Program-made: the position numbers and the translations under genes
Shown: positions 63,175-63,758 of the stretch, one piece after another
How the letters are laid out: each line of letters opens with the position of its first letter
How positions within the stretch are numbered: position 1 is the stretch's first letter
Notes under the pieces: model-generated
Seen by the model: the letters and a program-made list of their open reading frames with translations, nothing else
Database searches by the model: none
What the model was told of the DNA's origin: nothing
Assembly (NCBI RefSeq): GCF_001194135.2
Contig: NC_068989.1
Location: 1,731,514 to 1,795,271 of the forward strand
DNA: 63,758 nt
Source: Octopus bimaculoides
Taxonomy: Eukaryota
Direction of reading: 5' to 3'

Positions 63175-63410
63175 TCTTACTGGCTCTTCTTTTGCTTATT
63201 CCTGTGATATTCCTGTGAATGATCAGCGAATTCTAGACTACTCCTCTCTACTAATCAACACAGCTCCTTCAGCCATTCTTACAACTTTCCTCACCTTCTT
63301 CTATTGCGCCTCCTCTATCTACTCCTCCCAGGGCACGTATAACCATTACAGTATTATCTCCCTTGTCTTCGAAACCAAGATTATATCTTGTCTCAACAAC
63401 ACTGACATGG
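63175..63410 (+). pseudogene. Possible very degenerate Penelope-like RT fragment
   Basis: DIPVND...DY...APSAILTT...YNHYSIISLVFETKI weakly resembles PLE IP..DGL.AL..F...PS..TL...HY.QISGVAMGTKM. Confidence 0.25.
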
Positions 63411-63459
63411 GATTTTAATTATTTTATATCACAACACACACATACACACATCTGCACAC

Positions 63460-63510
<51 letters not shown>

Positions 63511-63513
63511 CAT

Positions 63514-63597
<84 letters not shown>

Positions 63598-63758
63598 ATG
63601 TGTATATATGTACATGTACGCATGCATACATGCATACATATACCCGTATAATAATATGCATATGTATATAGCAGTCATTGACATTTATCCATAATAATTC
63701 ACTTACAGACAAAAACATATGTACACACGCATATATATATGTATATATATATATATAT

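Overview
Eukaryotic, gene-poor and extremely repeat-rich DNA from a gapped short-read scaffold. The microsatellite load and SINE families look like an Octopus (coleoid cephalopod) genome; this is an inference from remembered repeat sequences, not a database result. There is no intact protein-coding gene, rRNA, true tRNA gene or CRISPR array, and nearly all ORFs in the track are microsatellite or N-gap artefacts. Supported content is decayed mobile elements: Penelope-like (PLE) GIY-YIG and RT fragments, RTE LINE fragments, two R2/R4/NeSL-type endonuclease ends, a DD37D (maT) Tc1/mariner, a Chapaev3-like transposase relic, a Helentron-type HINE, hAT and piggyBac MITE ends, and at least five interspersed SINE-like families (my labels A, B+D, C, E, F). 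The most interesting signal is family E. It is a tRNA-headed (Pol III A/B box) SINE with an internal (AAT)n tract and a 3' part carrying a minimal type I hammerhead ribozyme: stem I GACAC/GTGTT, CTGATGA-A, stem II GGCTG/CAGCC, GAAA, palindromic ACGT stem III, GUU cleavage site. It occurs about five times, with inversions and fold-backs of the kind seen in PLEs. Three further hammerhead-like motifs of other families are present (75-113, 12536-12580, 54841-54877). Together this suggests a ribozyme-bearing, Penelope-mobilised SINE system. A few weak exon or promoter candidates suggest the window may be intronic to a large gene. Protein family calls rest on recalled motifs and manual translation; no searches were run.
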